64,000 nt of DNA from Gammaproteobacteria bacterium (GTDB lineage: Bacteria; Pseudomonadota; Gammaproteobacteria; Eutrophobiales; Eutrophobiaceae): assembly GCA_965238225.1 (NCBI GenBank), contig OZ250183.1, forward strand, positions 1,248,001 to 1,312,000, written 5' to 3'. Every line of letters starts with the position of its first letter. Positions within the stretch are counted from its first letter, which is position 1. The position numbers and the translations under genes were made by a program. Of this stretch, positions 10,148 to 22,226 are shown piece after piece. The notes under the pieces were generated by a model. The model worked only from the letters and a program-made list of their open reading frames with translations. It was not told the origin of the DNA and searched no databases.

Positions 10148-11125
10148 TTATTGCAACCTGACACGAGGGTCAACTAGGGTGTATGAAATATCCGTTAACA
10201 ATAAACCAATGATGTAAAGCACTGATCCTAAAAAAACCATGGAACGGACAATCGCAAAATCCTGACTGCTGATGGCATCGATGGTGTAACTTCCCAAGCC
10301 TGGGATAGAGAAAAATGATTCAGTAATCAATGAACCCATAAATAATAACGGCAAAATCACCACTACACCGGTAAGAATTGGAATCATGCCATTCCTTAAT
10401 ACATGGCGATATAACACTATATGTTCTGGTAGACCTTTTGCTCTTGCTGTGCGTACATAATCTTTACCCATTTCTTCAAGAAATATAGTGCGATACCAAC
10501 GTGTGCTGGAACCAATGCTGCTGATAAGACCAAGAAAAATTGGCAGAATAATAAACTTTATTGAATTAAGTCCTGTGTCATATCCTGAGATAGGTGTTAA
10601 ATGTAATAGTTTGCCGATAACAACTTGACCCCAGATGATATAAAACAAACTGGAGATGGACATCATCATTACACAGAACACAACGCCCCATATATCAAGA
10701 TAACTTGCTCGAAAAAAAGAAAGTGTCAGACCAAAGACAATGTAGGTTAAAAGACCAAAGAAAAAACTAGGCAATGAAATAGATAAACTAGGCCACATTC
10801 TTTGACTGATATCATAACTAATATCTCTGCCACTGTCGGAACGACCAAAATCAAATACAAATAAACGCACTGAATTTTGGAAGAAGATTGTATCGGTTAT
10901 TTTACCGCTTCCAGTTGCTTTGGAATTCCAGAGCGTAGGTTTATCGTAACCACGTTCGTGTTTCCATTTTTCTATAGCCTCTATTGTCACGCGTTTTTGA
11001 CCTAAATGCATACGCGCCATATCGTCTGGTGTATTCACCACAAAAAATAAAAGAAAAGTTATTATATTCACGCCGATTAAAATAGGAATAGCATAAAAAA
11101 ATCTGCGAATTATATAGGCTGTCAT
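10148..11125 (-). CDS. Peptide ABC transporter permease (OppB/DppB-like)
   Basis: YIIRR start, DYVRTARAKGL, ESFFSIPGLG. Confidence 0.92.
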   Translation of the reverse strand: MTAYIIRRFFYAIPILIGVNIITFLLFFVVNTPDDMARMHLGQKRVTIEAIEKWKHERGYDKPTLWNSKATGSGKITDTIFFQNSVRLFVFDFGRSDSGRDISYDISQRMWPSLSISLPSFFFGLLTYIVFGLTLSFFRASYLDIWGVVFCVMMMSISSLFYIIWGQVVIGKLLHLTPISGYDTGLNSIKFIILPIFLGLISSIGSSTRWYRTIFLEEMGKDYVRTARAKGLPEHIVLYRHVLRNGMIPILTGVVVILPLLFMGSLITESFFSIPGLGSYTIDAISSQDFAIVRSMVFLGSVLYIIGLLLTDISYTLVDPRVRLQ

Positions 11126-13284
11126 AATGCTGCAGACCTTTCTTTACGTTTATGATACCTAAGCGCTGGAATGATACTCAAACTCAAAGCGATAATGGTA
11201 AAAATCACAGGCCACCAGACAGGATGATTCCATTGTTCGCGTTGCGCTTTGCGTTTAACTGGATCGATACGTTTATATTTCAATGTATTATTTGCCATCA
11301 AATTTGGTTTGACATTTTTATACCAGTCGTGATGCAAGGAAAATGTAACGGGGTGATACCCCCATAACCAAGGAGATTCTCTTCGCAAAATCTCAACCAT
11401 CTCATCTATAATTAATTGCCGTGTTTCACCATTATTTATATTTTTCATTTGATTAAACAGTCGATCAAATTCCTCGTTCTTATAGTTAGATGCATTTTCA
11501 CCATTAATCCCAAACTTGGCATTGGGGCCATAAAGCAAGAACATGAAATTTTCCGGATCTGGGTAATCTGCATTCCAGCCCCATTGATATATCTGCGCAG
11601 TACCTTTCAACATTTTGCCCTGGAAGCGATTATAATCCGTCGCCCGAACCACTAGGGTAATCCCCAACTTATTAAATTGTTTACGTAACCAGTCGAGATT
11701 TGCCTTGCTGCCTGGCCCTGCAGCGGGCGTATCTAAATACAACACTAAACCCTGTCCAGTCTGCATATCTTTACCATTGGGGTATCCAGCTTCTGCCATA
11801 AGTTTTCTTGCGAAGTCTATGGATTTACGTTTAGCCTTGCCATTGACCCAGTCATAGACATAAGGATTAATGCCTGCTGCACCTTGTCTATTGCCAAAAA
11901 TTCCTGGAGGAATAAGTCCTTGTGCCGGAACACCACGGCCATTGGCAAAGATACTAATAAATTCCTCAAAATCTACGGCAATAGCAACAGCCTGTCTTAG
12001 TAGTCGGGCACGTACGCTTTCTCCGCCAACAATTTCATCACGCATATTAAATCCGGTATAGAACGTCGAAGTCGTTACTGCTGTCAGCAATTGAATATTT
12101 TTCTCTTGCATCTCTTTCGTTAAAGCTACCTCACCTTGAGTATTGAATTGTATTGTCTGATCAAAACTATCAGAGACGATTCCTGAAGTATCATAATAGC
12201 CTTGTAGAAATTTGTTCCATATGGGGATAGATTCTTTTTCCAGACTGAAGATTGCTTTATCAACAAAAGGCATGGCTTTGCCAGCATCTTCTAATAAGCC
12301 TCGCGCAAGATCACCTTCTGAGCCTTCTTCTGGAAAAGTTTCACCGCGAAAATTTGGATTTCTTTCGAGCACTATTCGACGGTTCGGATTATTCTCAGTC
12401 AACATAAATGGACCTGTGCCTATTGGGTACCAGTTCAGGGTAATGTTTCTATCAGACATCCCGTCTTGTGAATAAAATAGATCTGCCTCCCATGGCATAG
12501 GCGCGAAAAATGACATAGACAGCCAATACAAAAATTGAGGATATTTTTCTTTTAGGATAATTTCAAAACTTGTCTCATCAATAACCTTGGCACCATCAAA
12601 ATCATATTTTCTCAGATCAATATAAGTTGATGCTCCTTTTTTAAATGTTGCGGCTTCGTTTGAAATTCGTTTGCTGAGTTCGGATAAACCAAGAATGTAT
12701 TGGCTCATTAATCCTGCAATAGGTGAGTGTATATTCGGGTGCACCATGCGTTTGATCTGATAAACATAATCTGCGGCAGTCAATACCCTTGTACCTCTCT
12801 CCTTAAAATCGGCAAGCGTATGAACACCTCTTAGATCAATTTCTTTAAGGTTATGATAAATATAAGCACCTGTTTTTTCTGTGGCCAAAGCCGGGTGCGG
12901 CTGATACAACACCCCCGGTTTAATTGTGATTCTGTAAATTACCCTAGCTATTTTCTCAGATGGCAACTCTTCATCAGTAACATTACCTTGTTCATCCTGA
13001 TAAACAGGCGTGGGCATTTCAGTTGCCGTTAACGGTACAAGCTGGTACGGGCGTTTTAGAAAGTGATACTGCAAAGGTGGTTCATAAATTTGCCCAAGAA
13101 ATACATACTCATTCGAGCTATATGATCGCGCAGGATCAAGGTGCTTGGGTCTTTCTGAAAACGTGTCGTAATAAATATTCCTGCCGCTTTCCGATTTTGG
13201 ATATGGATTGTTTAAAGTCGAATCTGAACAAGCTGAAATTAAACCAAATGCTAACAACAAAAATATTGTATAAGTAGTATACAT
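11122..13284 (-). CDS. Peptide ABC transporter substrate-binding lipoprotein (family 5)
   Basis: Lipobox ISAC, HLDPARSY, PIGTGPF, WNADYPDPENF. Confidence 0.88.
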   Translation of the reverse strand: MYTTYTIFLLLAFGLISACSDSTLNNPYPKSESGRNIYYDTFSERPKHLDPARSYSSNEYVFLGQIYEPPLQYHFLKRPYQLVPLTATEMPTPVYQDEQGNVTDEELPSEKIARVIYRITIKPGVLYQPHPALATEKTGAYIYHNLKEIDLRGVHTLADFKERGTRVLTAADYVYQIKRMVHPNIHSPIAGLMSQYILGLSELSKRISNEAATFKKGASTYIDLRKYDFDGAKVIDETSFEIILKEKYPQFLYWLSMSFFAPMPWEADLFYSQDGMSDRNITLNWYPIGTGPFMLTENNPNRRIVLERNPNFRGETFPEEGSEGDLARGLLEDAGKAMPFVDKAIFSLEKESIPIWNKFLQGYYDTSGIVSDSFDQTIQFNTQGEVALTKEMQEKNIQLLTAVTTSTFYTGFNMRDEIVGGESVRARLLRQAVAIAVDFEEFISIFANGRGVPAQGLIPPGIFGNRQGAAGINPYVYDWVNGKAKRKSIDFARKLMAEAGYPNGKDMQTGQGLVLYLDTPAAGPGSKANLDWLRKQFNKLGITLVVRATDYNRFQGKMLKGTAQIYQWGWNADYPDPENFMFLLYGPNAKFGINGENASNYKNEEFDRLFNQMKNINNGETRQLIIDEMVEILRRESPWLWGYHPVTFSLHHDWYKNVKPNLMANNTLKYKRIDPVKRKAQREQWNHPVWWPVIFTIIALSLSIIPALRYHKRKERSAAL

Positions 13285-13434
13285 CTAACTTGTCTTTATT
13301 ATTTGTAAATATGAAATCTATACTTTTGATTATATATTCTTCTCAAGAAAATATAACTTAATATATAGCATATCTATAATGCATTCATTGTAGTATTATT
13401 CGAGCTACGTTAAACAACCATAAATATTTTAACT

Positions 13435-14211
13435 ATGGGTTTTTTGAAAGATAAGCGTGCATTAATTGTTGGCGTTGCCAGCAACCGTTCGATCGCTTGG
13501 GGAATTGCAAAGGCAATGCATCGTGAAGGTGCCAAATTGGCGTTCACTTACCAAAACGACAAACTAAAAGGTCGCGTTGAAAAATTTGCAGGCCAACTCG
13601 GTTCAGAAATTACCATGCCCTGTGATATCGGCAGCGATGAAGAAATCAATAAAGTATATGCAGGCCTTAGAAAACATTGGGATGGTCTTGATATCCTGAT
13701 ACATTCAGCGGCATTTGCGCCAAGAGAACAGCTTGAAGGTGACTACATAGACAGTGTCACCCGTGAAGGATTCCTTATGGCTCATGATATAAGCTCATAT
13801 AGTTTTACTGCCTTGGGAAAGACTCTTAGGCCAATGATGGTGGGCAGAAATGGTGCGATGCTGACTTTGACTTATATCGGTGCTATACGCTCTATGCCTA
13901 ACTACAATGTAATGGGGCTCGCCAAGGCCAGTCTTGAAGCCAATGTTCGTTATATGGCTCATAATCTTGGCCCTAAAAATATACGCGTCAATGCGATTTC
14001 AGCAGGCCCAATTAGAACATTGGCTGCATCAGGGATAAATGGCTTGAAAGATTTTCTACATCATATTGAAAAGACTGCTCCATTACGCAGGAATATCACC
14101 ATAGACGAAGTCGGTAATGTGGCTGCATTTCTATGTTCAGATTTGGCTTCTGCAATCACTGGCGAAATCACCTATGTTGATTGTGGATATAATTCTATAG
14201 GCATAGGCTAA
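13435..14211 (+). CDS. fabI: Enoyl-ACP reductase
   Basis: [38 protein letters not shown]. Confidence 0.97.
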   Translation: MGFLKDKRALIVGVASNRSIAWGIAKAMHREGAKLAFTYQNDKLKGRVEKFAGQLGSEITMPCDIGSDEEINKVYAGLRKHWDGLDILIHSAAFAPREQLEGDYIDSVTREGFLMAHDISSYSFTALGKTLRPMMVGRNGAMLTLTYIGAIRSMPNYNVMGLAKASLEANVRYMAHNLGPKNIRVNAISAGPIRTLAASGINGLKDFLHHIEKTAPLRRNITIDEVGNVAAFLCSDLASAITGEITYVDCGYNSIGIG

Positions 14212-14224
14212 AGCACTTTAAACA

Positions 14225-15433
14225 ATGCCCTCTCAAAATCACAATTTCCTTATCTGGGCAATTTTTGCTGGTGCTGTAGGCGGAATTCTCTCAGGTTGGT
14301 ATTTTGGTGCAGCCATGTTGGCTATTGAGTGGATAGGCATCTTATTCTTAAACGCTCTAAAGATGACAATTATTCCATTGATAGTCGCCGCAATAATTAC
14401 TGGCGTGGCATCTATGGGAGATATCCGCAAGTTAGGCAGAGTGGGCGGCCTGACTATTCTTTATTATGCCTGCACAACTGCACTGGCCGTTTTAATAGGC
14501 TTGCTCGTTGTTAATATTATTCAGCCTGGCAATGGTATGGCGGAACTGAGTAATAGCATTCCGGAAAAGGTCTCTGAAAAAGAGGGTATGGGTTTTAAAG
14601 ATATTATCCTTTCATTGGTTCATCCAAATCTTCTCGGGGCTGCCATCGAAAATAAATTACTGCCGATAATAGTCTTCTCTCTTTTCTTTGCGGCGGCCTT
14701 AACAACGATTGGTGAAAGAGGAACACCCGTCATACGTTTTTTTGATGGTCTCAATGAAATCATGATGAAGCTCATTATCTGGATAATATACCTAGCACCT
14801 GTGGGTATCTTTGCCCTGATCGCTGCACGCCTAGGTGCGACAGGAGGCGGGGATGCCTTCTGGAAAGAAATCAGTTCAGTCGGCTGGTATTGTATTGCGG
14901 TGATACTCGGTTTATTTCTTCACTTCTTGCTGCTAATTGCTATCCTCAAAACGTTTAGTAATCGTGGACTGGCTTATGCAAAACAAATGATACGTGCACT
15001 CATCACAGCATTTGGCACAGCGAGCTCCTCAGCAACCCTGCCGATTACCATGGAATGTGCAGTTGAAGCTGGTGTTGATAAACGTGCAGTTAAGTTTGTC
15101 TTGCCGTTAGGTGCCACGGTAAATATGGATGGCACAGCATTGTATGAAGCCATCGCTGTCATGTTTATTGCTCAGGCTTACGGATATAGCATGGGCATCA
15201 CAGAACAAATGATTATTTTTATCACCGCAACACTCGCTGCCATTGGTGCAGCAGGCATCCCTCAAGCAGGCCTAGTCACCATGGTAATCGTTCTAACTGC
15301 GGTGAACCTGCCTTTAGAAGGTATAGGTATGTTATTGGCAGTAGACTGGTTTCTCGACCGTTTCCGAACCATGGTCAATGTCTGGGGGGACAGCACTGGT
15401 GCTGCAGTCATTGAAAAGGTAATTCCTGATTAA
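14225..15433 (+). CDS. Dicarboxylate/amino acid:cation symporter
   Basis: TASSSATLP, GATVNMDGTALY, LDRFRT. Confidence 0.92.
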   Translation: MPSQNHNFLIWAIFAGAVGGILSGWYFGAAMLAIEWIGILFLNALKMTIIPLIVAAIITGVASMGDIRKLGRVGGLTILYYACTTALAVLIGLLVVNIIQPGNGMAELSNSIPEKVSEKEGMGFKDIILSLVHPNLLGAAIENKLLPIIVFSLFFAAALTTIGERGTPVIRFFDGLNEIMMKLIIWIIYLAPVGIFALIAARLGATGGGDAFWKEISSVGWYCIAVILGLFLHFLLLIAILKTFSNRGLAYAKQMIRALITAFGTASSSATLPITMECAVEAGVDKRAVKFVLPLGATVNMDGTALYEAIAVMFIAQAYGYSMGITEQMIIFITATLAAIGAAGIPQAGLVTMVIVLTAVNLPLEGIGMLLAVDWFLDRFRTMVNVWGDSTGAAVIEKVIPD

Positions 15434-15500
15434 AGATTGCCGATAATACTTATTCATGGAATCAAAATTATTTAATACAACTATTTATCTAGCTTAAATA

Positions 15501-17405
15501 TTAAAGCTTATTTAAATCTTTGCTGATACTTGCCTTATCCATCAGGGCATCAACAAACAAAAACCATTCATCACTAGACTTTGATTCAAGTAATGTTGAT
15601 TTAGTTTTCTCAACATCTACATCTAACAAGGTCTCCCGATCCGGGTATTGAACGTTTGAAACAGCCAGCACGGCGTAATTTTCCTTGTCAATTTCTACTC
15701 CAGAAAATTTTAAACTATCTTCCTGGGGCTTGCCGAGTTTGAAAGCAGTGCGTAATATCTTCCTATTAACCGAGACATCATCACGAATCACAGCATCTGC
15801 TTGTTCCCATTCAAATTCAAACATCTCTGATACTTGAAAAAGGTCTGATCCTTGCCTAAGTTCCTTAAGAATTTTTTCGCCTTTTTCCTGCTGTAATTTA
15901 CTTGCTTGCTCAGATTTAAGTATTTGTATAATTTGCTCTGTAACTTCTTCAAGCGGCTTTTTCTCGGCAGGCAAATATTCCAACACCTGTAAAACAATAA
16001 GATGATCATTATTTAATTCGATTGCTTCGCTATTTTGGCCAGATTTTATTATTTCCTTATTAAAACTTGCGGAGAGCACTTTAGGGTTAGCCAATACACC
16101 GCTTGCATTAGTCCTGTCAAAAAAATCACTCTCCTGCACCTCAATACCAATTTCTTCAGCAGCAACTTCCAGTGAATCTGCATGCTCGTAAGTAAGTGTA
16201 ACGAGCTTATCAGCCAAATTAAAGTATTTATATTCTGCTTCTGATTTTTTATAATCTTTTTCAACTATTTCTCTGGATCTTTCAAAGATATTTTTAATAC
16301 CGCCTTTAATGCCTGTGACTTTGAATATATGCAACCCTTTGTTAGTCCTTTCAACTTCACTTAGCTCACCTTCATTCATGGAAAATACAATCTCATTAAC
16401 TTCTTTATGCAAAACATCTTTGGCAATGTAGCCATGTTCACTCACCAGCATATCAGGTTTTAAACCATCATCATGTTTTTCAGAGATTTCTGCAAACGAA
16501 ACACCTGACTCAATTAATGCTCTTATTTTTTCTGCTTTATTCTTTGCAAGCAAAACCTCTTCAGCTTCAGCTTCAGGCGAAAGTTTTATATCAACAATAT
16601 CAACCTTCCGCTGCTCTGGCACATCATATTTGTCTTTATTGTTGTCATAATAAATACGCATATCTTCCTCTGTAGCTTCTATTGTTTCGGTCAATTTCTC
16701 TACAGATAATTCAAGATAGGCGATCTCGACTTGTTCTGGTTGTAATAATCCCTGACTTGTCTTGTCATAATATTGCTCAATTTCATCATCATTTATCTCA
16801 ATCGAATCTTTAACTTCATCTGCAAGTAATATTACATAAGATAAATCACGCGTTTGTTTTTTAATCCTAGTAAGCCGCAACGCTTCTTCTTCAAATGCAA
16901 ACGCACTGTCTGTCACTGCGCTTTGTAATTGCTGTGCCATCATTTCCACACGTAATCGATTCTCAAAGATTGCAGGAGTCATACCCATTTGCATAATTCT
17001 TCTTTCATAATTAGCATGATCAAACCCATACTCACTGTCAAACGCATCAATATCTTTGACTGCCTCTCTAATTGCTGAATCGCTGATATGCAATCCGTTG
17101 TCAATCGCCGCTTGGCTGATAACTGCATCTTTAATTAATTGATCCAAGGTCTGTTTTTTTAATAATTCCTCTTCATTGGAATCAAGTGGCTTATTAGTAT
17201 ATTTTCGCATTTGATCGCGGAAGTTGTTGTACGTTTGCTGGAATTGTCTCAGATTAATATCTTCACCATTAACTGATGCAACCACAGGCTCTGATCCTTG
17301 ATCAGAAAAATTAATTCCCCACACTGCGAAGGTGATGATAATCAGGAACATGATGGCGCCAGCAACCCAGCCTGTAATCCAATTTCTAATTTTTTGCATT
17401 AACAT
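15501..17405 (-). CDS. ppiD: Periplasmic chaperone PpiD
   Basis: N-terminal anchor, SurA-N domain (VASVNGEDI), position after hupB. Confidence 0.85.
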   Translation of the reverse strand: MLMQKIRNWITGWVAGAIMFLIIITFAVWGINFSDQGSEPVVASVNGEDINLRQFQQTYNNFRDQMRKYTNKPLDSNEEELLKKQTLDQLIKDAVISQAAIDNGLHISDSAIREAVKDIDAFDSEYGFDHANYERRIMQMGMTPAIFENRLRVEMMAQQLQSAVTDSAFAFEEEALRLTRIKKQTRDLSYVILLADEVKDSIEINDDEIEQYYDKTSQGLLQPEQVEIAYLELSVEKLTETIEATEEDMRIYYDNNKDKYDVPEQRKVDIVDIKLSPEAEAEEVLLAKNKAEKIRALIESGVSFAEISEKHDDGLKPDMLVSEHGYIAKDVLHKEVNEIVFSMNEGELSEVERTNKGLHIFKVTGIKGGIKNIFERSREIVEKDYKKSEAEYKYFNLADKLVTLTYEHADSLEVAAEEIGIEVQESDFFDRTNASGVLANPKVLSASFNKEIIKSGQNSEAIELNNDHLIVLQVLEYLPAEKKPLEEVTEQIIQILKSEQASKLQQEKGEKILKELRQGSDLFQVSEMFEFEWEQADAVIRDDVSVNRKILRTAFKLGKPQEDSLKFSGVEIDKENYAVLAVSNVQYPDRETLLDVDVEKTKSTLLESKSSDEWFLFVDALMDKASISKDLNKL

Positions 17406-17517
17406 ATATTTATTAACTACCTATACATTATCTAACAATTTATTTCTTACTGCTAATTCGTCTTTATGGTATAGCTACGTTCAATATCAAATATAACACC
17501 TTGGTATAAAACCGGAA

Positions 17518-17547
17518 GCGGGCACGCCCTGCAATGGGAGTGCCCGC
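17518..17547 (-). terminator. Hairpin downstream of tRNA-Val/Asp
   Basis: GCGGGCAC...GTGCCCGC inverted repeat followed by TTCCGGTTTT on minus strand. Confidence 0.55.
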
Positions 17548-17555
17548 AAAATTAT

Positions 17556-17632
17556 TGGCGGAGTGGACGGGACTCGAACCCGCGACCACCGGCGTGACAG
17601 GCCGGTATTCTAACCAACTGAACTACCACTCC
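17556..17632 (-). tRNA. tRNA-Asp(GTC)
   Basis: GGAGTGGTAGTTCAGTTGGTTAGAATACCGGCCT-GTC-ACGCCGG...TTCGAGT...CCA. Confidence 0.97.
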
Positions 17633-17640
17633 GGTATGAT

Positions 17641-17716
17641 TGGTGGGTGCTGAGAGGCTCGAACTCCCGACATTCGCCGTGTAAAGGCGACGCTCTACCA
17701 ACTGAGCTAAGCACCC
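17641..17716 (-). tRNA. tRNA-Val(TAC)
   Basis: GGGTGCTTAGCTCAGTTGGTAGAGCGTCGCCTT-TAC-ACGGCGA...CCA. Confidence 0.97.
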
Positions 17717-17743
17717 AAGGCCAGTGTCTTTCTAGAGTATGTG

Positions 17744-18016
17744 CTAGTTGATAGCGTCTTTCAGTGCTTTACCAGGTTTAAATCCTGGTGCCTTAGAAGC
17801 ATTGATGCTGATCTCGTCGCCAGTCCTTGGGTTACGGCCAATTCTTGCTTTACGATGACGTACAGAAAATGTTCCAAAACCAACCAAAGTAACGGTATCG
17901 CCTTTTTTCAAGGCTTTTGTAATCCCCTCAATAGCAGCATCAAGTGCACGTCCTGCAGATGACTTTGATAAATCAGCGGAGTCAGAGATAGATTCAATTA
18001 ATTCAGCTTTGTTCAT
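17744..18016 (-). CDS. hupB: DNA-binding protein HU
   Basis: MNKAELI, LVGFGTF, GRNPRTG; downstream of lon. Confidence 0.95.
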   Translation of the reverse strand: MNKAELIESISDSADLSKSSAGRALDAAIEGITKALKKGDTVTLVGFGTFSVRHRKARIGRNPRTGDEISINASKAPGFKPGKALKDAIN

Positions 18017-18200
18017 TGTATATATTCCTCTTTAAAAAAAGTAAAAAAATCACTAACAACCGTGAGATAAGCTAGTGAAGCCAACTGTCCTGATGAATGC
18101 GGTTAAGGATGTTTTTCCAAGGTGGATTTTATACCAAGCAGTTAAATGTCAGTCAAGTAAATCAACCGGAAAACAGCAATTTTATTTACTTTATTTTTGA

Positions 18201-20612
18201 TTAATGTGGTCTGACTATATCCTTGCCTGACTCTGAAATGACTTCATCAGATTTAACCATGCCTGATGATCTATCATTCTTAGAGAGTGGCTTAGGCATA
18301 TTTTTTAATGCAATCTCAAGCACTTCATCTATCCATCTCACAGACTGAATGGATAAATTCTCCTTAATGTTGTCAGGAATCTCCGCGAGCTCTCTTTCAT
18401 TTTCTTCAGGGATGAGCACTATTTCAATTCCACCACGTAATGCTGCCAATAATTTTTCCTTAAGGCCGCCAATAGGCAATATCTCGCCACGTAAAGTTAT
18501 TTCTCCGGTCATAGCAACATTTGCTTTTACCGGTATGCCTGTAATTGCAGAAACTATAGATACACACATAGCGCCACCAGCACTAGGCCCATCTTTTGGT
18601 GTCGCACCCTCGGGGACATGGATATGGAAATCGTGCTCCTTATAAACATCTGCGGCAATCCCAAGCCTTGTGCTGCGACTTTTGACCACTGTCATTGCTG
18701 CTTCTATCGATTCTTGCATAACATCGCCCAACTGTCCGGTTCTAGTGGCCTTGCCCTTGCCTGGAACAATGGCTGTTTCTATTGTTAGCAGGTCTCCGCC
18801 TGCCTCTGTCCATGCCAATCCAGTAACCTGACCTACTCTATCTTCTTCTTCAGCCCGCCCAAATCGATAGCGCTTCACCCCGATTAAATCAGTCAAACTT
18901 TCAGGGATGACATGAACGCATTTTGTTGTAGGATCGTCTAATATTTTCTTGACAGTCTTACGACATATGCTGGCGATTTCCCTATCAAGATTACGCACAC
19001 CAGCTTCATGCGAGTAATAACGGATAATGTCTCGAATACTGTCTTCTTCAATTTTGATTTCATGTGTTTTCAGGCCATTTTTTTTCAGTTGTTTGGGAAC
19101 TAGATACTTAGTTGCAATGCTTATTTTTTCATCTTCGGTATAACCCGAGATACGAATGATTTCCATCCTATCAAGCAAGGGACCTGGAATATTCAGACTA
19201 TTCGCTGTTGTGACGAACATAATATCTGAAAGATCATAATCGACTTCAAGATAATGATCGGCAAAGGCATGATTTTGTTCAGGATCGAGCACTTCTAATA
19301 ATGCAGAAGCCGGGTCGCCACGAAAATCCATGGCCATTTTATCTATTTCATCGAATAAAAAGAGTGGGTTTTTCTTTCCAACTTTAGCCATACTCTGAAC
19401 AATCTGTCCTGGCATAGAGCCAATATAAGTTCTTCTATGGCCTCGTATTTCGGCCTCATCGCGCACACCGCCCAATGACATACGACAGAACTTTCTGTTG
19501 GTCGCACGGGCGATAGATTCTCCGAGTGAAGTCTTACCAACTCCAGCAGGACCCACCAGACATAAAATCGGACCTTTCATTTTACGTACGCGATTTTGCA
19601 CTGCCAGATATTCCAGTATTCTTTCCTTAACTTTTTCTAGGCCATAGTGGTCTTCATCCAAAATCCTTTTGGCTTTAGCCAAGTCGCGACTAATCCTGCT
19701 GCGAGTCTTCCAGGGAACATTCATTAACCAGTCGATATAATTTCGAACCACAGTCGCTTCAGCAGACATGGGTGACATCATCTTCAACTTATTTAATTCG
19801 GAAGTGGCTTTATTTTTTGCCTCTTTAGACATGCCTAAAGTTTCAATCTTATTAGCAATATCTTCGATCTCATTGGGGGCATCTTCTATATCGCCCAACT
19901 CTTTCTGAATTGCCTTCATTTGCTCATTCAGATAATACTCACGCTGGCCTTTTTCCATTTGCGATTTGACGCGTCCGCGAATACGTTTTTCGACATGCAT
20001 CAGTTCAATTTCGGATTCCATAAGCCCAAGAATACATTCCAGTCTTTCTTCAATACTGAGCGTCTCCAGAATATTTTGTTTTTCTTCCATCTTAATCAGC
20101 ATATGTGCAGCCATGGTATCGGCCAATCTGCTTATATCATCAATACCTGAAAGTGAGGCAATCACCTCGGAAGGAATTTTATTGTTAAGCTTAACGTACT
20201 GTTCAAATTGATTAACAACCGATCGACTTAAGATCTCAAGTTCTTGCTTATCTTGGCTGACTGACTCAAGTCTTGAAGCGGTAACCAAAAAACTATTACT
20301 GGTCTCAGTAAAGCTGTCAATACTAACGCGATCATACCCTTCAACCAATACTTTTATCGTGCCATCAGGGAGTTTTAATAGCTGCAGGATATTGGCAATC
20401 GTACCAACAGAATAGATATCATCAATAGAAGGATCGTCATCAGATGCACGTTTCTGTGCAACAAGTAAGATCTTTTTGTTTCCTTCTATTGCCTTATCCA
20501 ATGCCTTGATAGATTTTTCTCTGCCTACAAATAAAGGCATTACCATGTGCGGGTACACCACAACATCCCTCAAAGGTAATGCCGAGTAACTATTTTTTTC
20601 TTTTATGTTCAT
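18201..20612 (-). CDS. lon: ATP-dependent protease La
   Basis: LPLRDVVVYP, GVGKTS, PKDGPSAG. Confidence 0.98.
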   Translation of the reverse strand: MNIKEKNSYSALPLRDVVVYPHMVMPLFVGREKSIKALDKAIEGNKKILLVAQKRASDDDPSIDDIYSVGTIANILQLLKLPDGTIKVLVEGYDRVSIDSFTETSNSFLVTASRLESVSQDKQELEILSRSVVNQFEQYVKLNNKIPSEVIASLSGIDDISRLADTMAAHMLIKMEEKQNILETLSIEERLECILGLMESEIELMHVEKRIRGRVKSQMEKGQREYYLNEQMKAIQKELGDIEDAPNEIEDIANKIETLGMSKEAKNKATSELNKLKMMSPMSAEATVVRNYIDWLMNVPWKTRSRISRDLAKAKRILDEDHYGLEKVKERILEYLAVQNRVRKMKGPILCLVGPAGVGKTSLGESIARATNRKFCRMSLGGVRDEAEIRGHRRTYIGSMPGQIVQSMAKVGKKNPLFLFDEIDKMAMDFRGDPASALLEVLDPEQNHAFADHYLEVDYDLSDIMFVTTANSLNIPGPLLDRMEIIRISGYTEDEKISIATKYLVPKQLKKNGLKTHEIKIEEDSIRDIIRYYSHEAGVRNLDREIASICRKTVKKILDDPTTKCVHVIPESLTDLIGVKRYRFGRAEEEDRVGQVTGLAWTEAGGDLLTIETAIVPGKGKATRTGQLGDVMQESIEAAMTVVKSRSTRLGIAADVYKEHDFHIHVPEGATPKDGPSAGGAMCVSIVSAITGIPVKANVAMTGEITLRGEILPIGGLKEKLLAALRGGIEIVLIPEENERELAEIPDNIKENLSIQSVRWIDEVLEIALKNMPKPLSKNDRSSGMVKSDEVISESGKDIVRPH

Positions 20613-20831
20613 TTGTGATACTTGATCCTGTGATACTTGATCCTGATTTGAGTTTTACCTCATTGTGACCTGTGCCATCTTACAGAACTATTATGTGGGC
20701 ATATATGTTTGTTTCAAGTGTATTTAACACGATATTTAAACTTAAACCGATACCGGATATACATATTGCCTTATCAGACAAATAATTGTCTAAGGTAAAT
20801 CATTCGCAAATAATATAAATTCATGAATGAG

Positions 20832-22136
20832 CTATTCTGCCACTGCCGAAACTAATTCATCTGCTTCTGAGCTGTCATAAATTGCCAACGGTTTAGATTC
20901 ACCGTTAACCGCCGCTGCATCAATCACAATCTTTGCAATACCCTCTGTTGAAGGTAAGTCATACATAGTATCGAGCAGAATATTCTCCATGATTGAGCGA
21001 AGACCACGCGCACCTATTTTTCTTACCACGGCTTTTCTGGCAATCTCACGTAAAGCATCATCACGAAACTCAATGTCACAACCTTCCATTGCAAATATTC
21101 TCGCATATTGCTTGGTAATTGCATATTTTGGTTCCACCAATATTTGGACTAGCTGATCTTCATTTAACTCGTCTAAAGTTACCATCACAGGCAAACGACC
21201 CACGAACTCTGGAATTAATCCGTATTGAACCAAATCTTCTGGCTCAACACTTTGTAATAATTCACTAACGCTTTTTTTATCATCTTTACTCTTAACCTCT
21301 GCAGAAAAACCAATGCCGCCCTTTTCGGAACGTTCACGAATGATTTTATCTAGCCCGGCAAATGCGCCGCCGCAGATGAACAAAATACTAGTTGTATCTA
21401 CCTGTAGAAACTCCTGTTGCGGATGCTTGCGTCCACCTTGAGGAGGGATAGAAGCGATCGTGCCTTCAATGAGCTTCAGCAATGCTTGTTGAACACCCTC
21501 CCCAGAGACATCACGGGTAATCGATGGATTATCAGATTTGCGTGAAATCTTATCTATTTCATCAATATATACAATGCCGCTTTGAGTTTTTTCAACATCA
21601 TAATCACATTTTTGTAGTAATTTCTGGATGATATTCTCAACATCTTCACCAACATAGCCCGCTTCTGTTAGCGTGGTAGCATCGGCAATGGTAAAAGGGA
21701 CGTTAAGTAAACGAGCGAGTGTTTCAGCCAGTAAGGTTTTACCGCTCCCTGTTGGTCCGATTAATAAGACATTGCTTTTTGCAAGCTCGATATCGGATTT
21801 ATCTATAGCTTCTTGTTCTAGCCTCTTATAGTGGTTATAAACTGCAACCGAAAGGATTTTCTTGGCTTGTTCTTGACCAATCACATGCTCATCAAGAATA
21901 GCGTTGATGTCATGAGGTGTTGGCATTGGACTGCTTCCGCCAACGGCTGTTTTCCCCTGAATCTCTTCGCGAATAATGTCATTGCAAAGCTCGACACATT
22001 CATCGCAGATAAAGACAGACGGCCCAGCAATAAGTTTACGCACCTCATGCTGACTTTTACCGCAAAACGAGCAGTACAAAAGACGTTCACTGCCGTTATT
22101 ACTATCCTGACTTTTGTCACTCATAAAAACACTCAA
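20832..22136 (-). CDS. clpX: Clp protease ATP-binding subunit ClpX
   Basis: CSFCGKSQ zinc finger, [11 protein letters not shown] loop. Confidence 0.98.
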   Translation of the reverse strand: MSVFMSDKSQDSNNGSERLLYCSFCGKSQHEVRKLIAGPSVFICDECVELCNDIIREEIQGKTAVGGSSPMPTPHDINAILDEHVIGQEQAKKILSVAVYNHYKRLEQEAIDKSDIELAKSNVLLIGPTGSGKTLLAETLARLLNVPFTIADATTLTEAGYVGEDVENIIQKLLQKCDYDVEKTQSGIVYIDEIDKISRKSDNPSITRDVSGEGVQQALLKLIEGTIASIPPQGGRKHPQQEFLQVDTTSILFICGGAFAGLDKIIRERSEKGGIGFSAEVKSKDDKKSVSELLQSVEPEDLVQYGLIPEFVGRLPVMVTLDELNEDQLVQILVEPKYAITKQYARIFAMEGCDIEFRDDALREIARKAVVRKIGARGLRSIMENILLDTMYDLPSTEGIAKIVIDAAAVNGESKPLAIYDSSEADELVSAVAE

Positions 22137-22226
22137 TTTCAGTCAATATTAATATCTTACTAATGTGAAATTTTAAAATCATTAGAGTTCCAAACAAGAT
22201 ATGCAAAAATGTTCTTGCATAAAAAA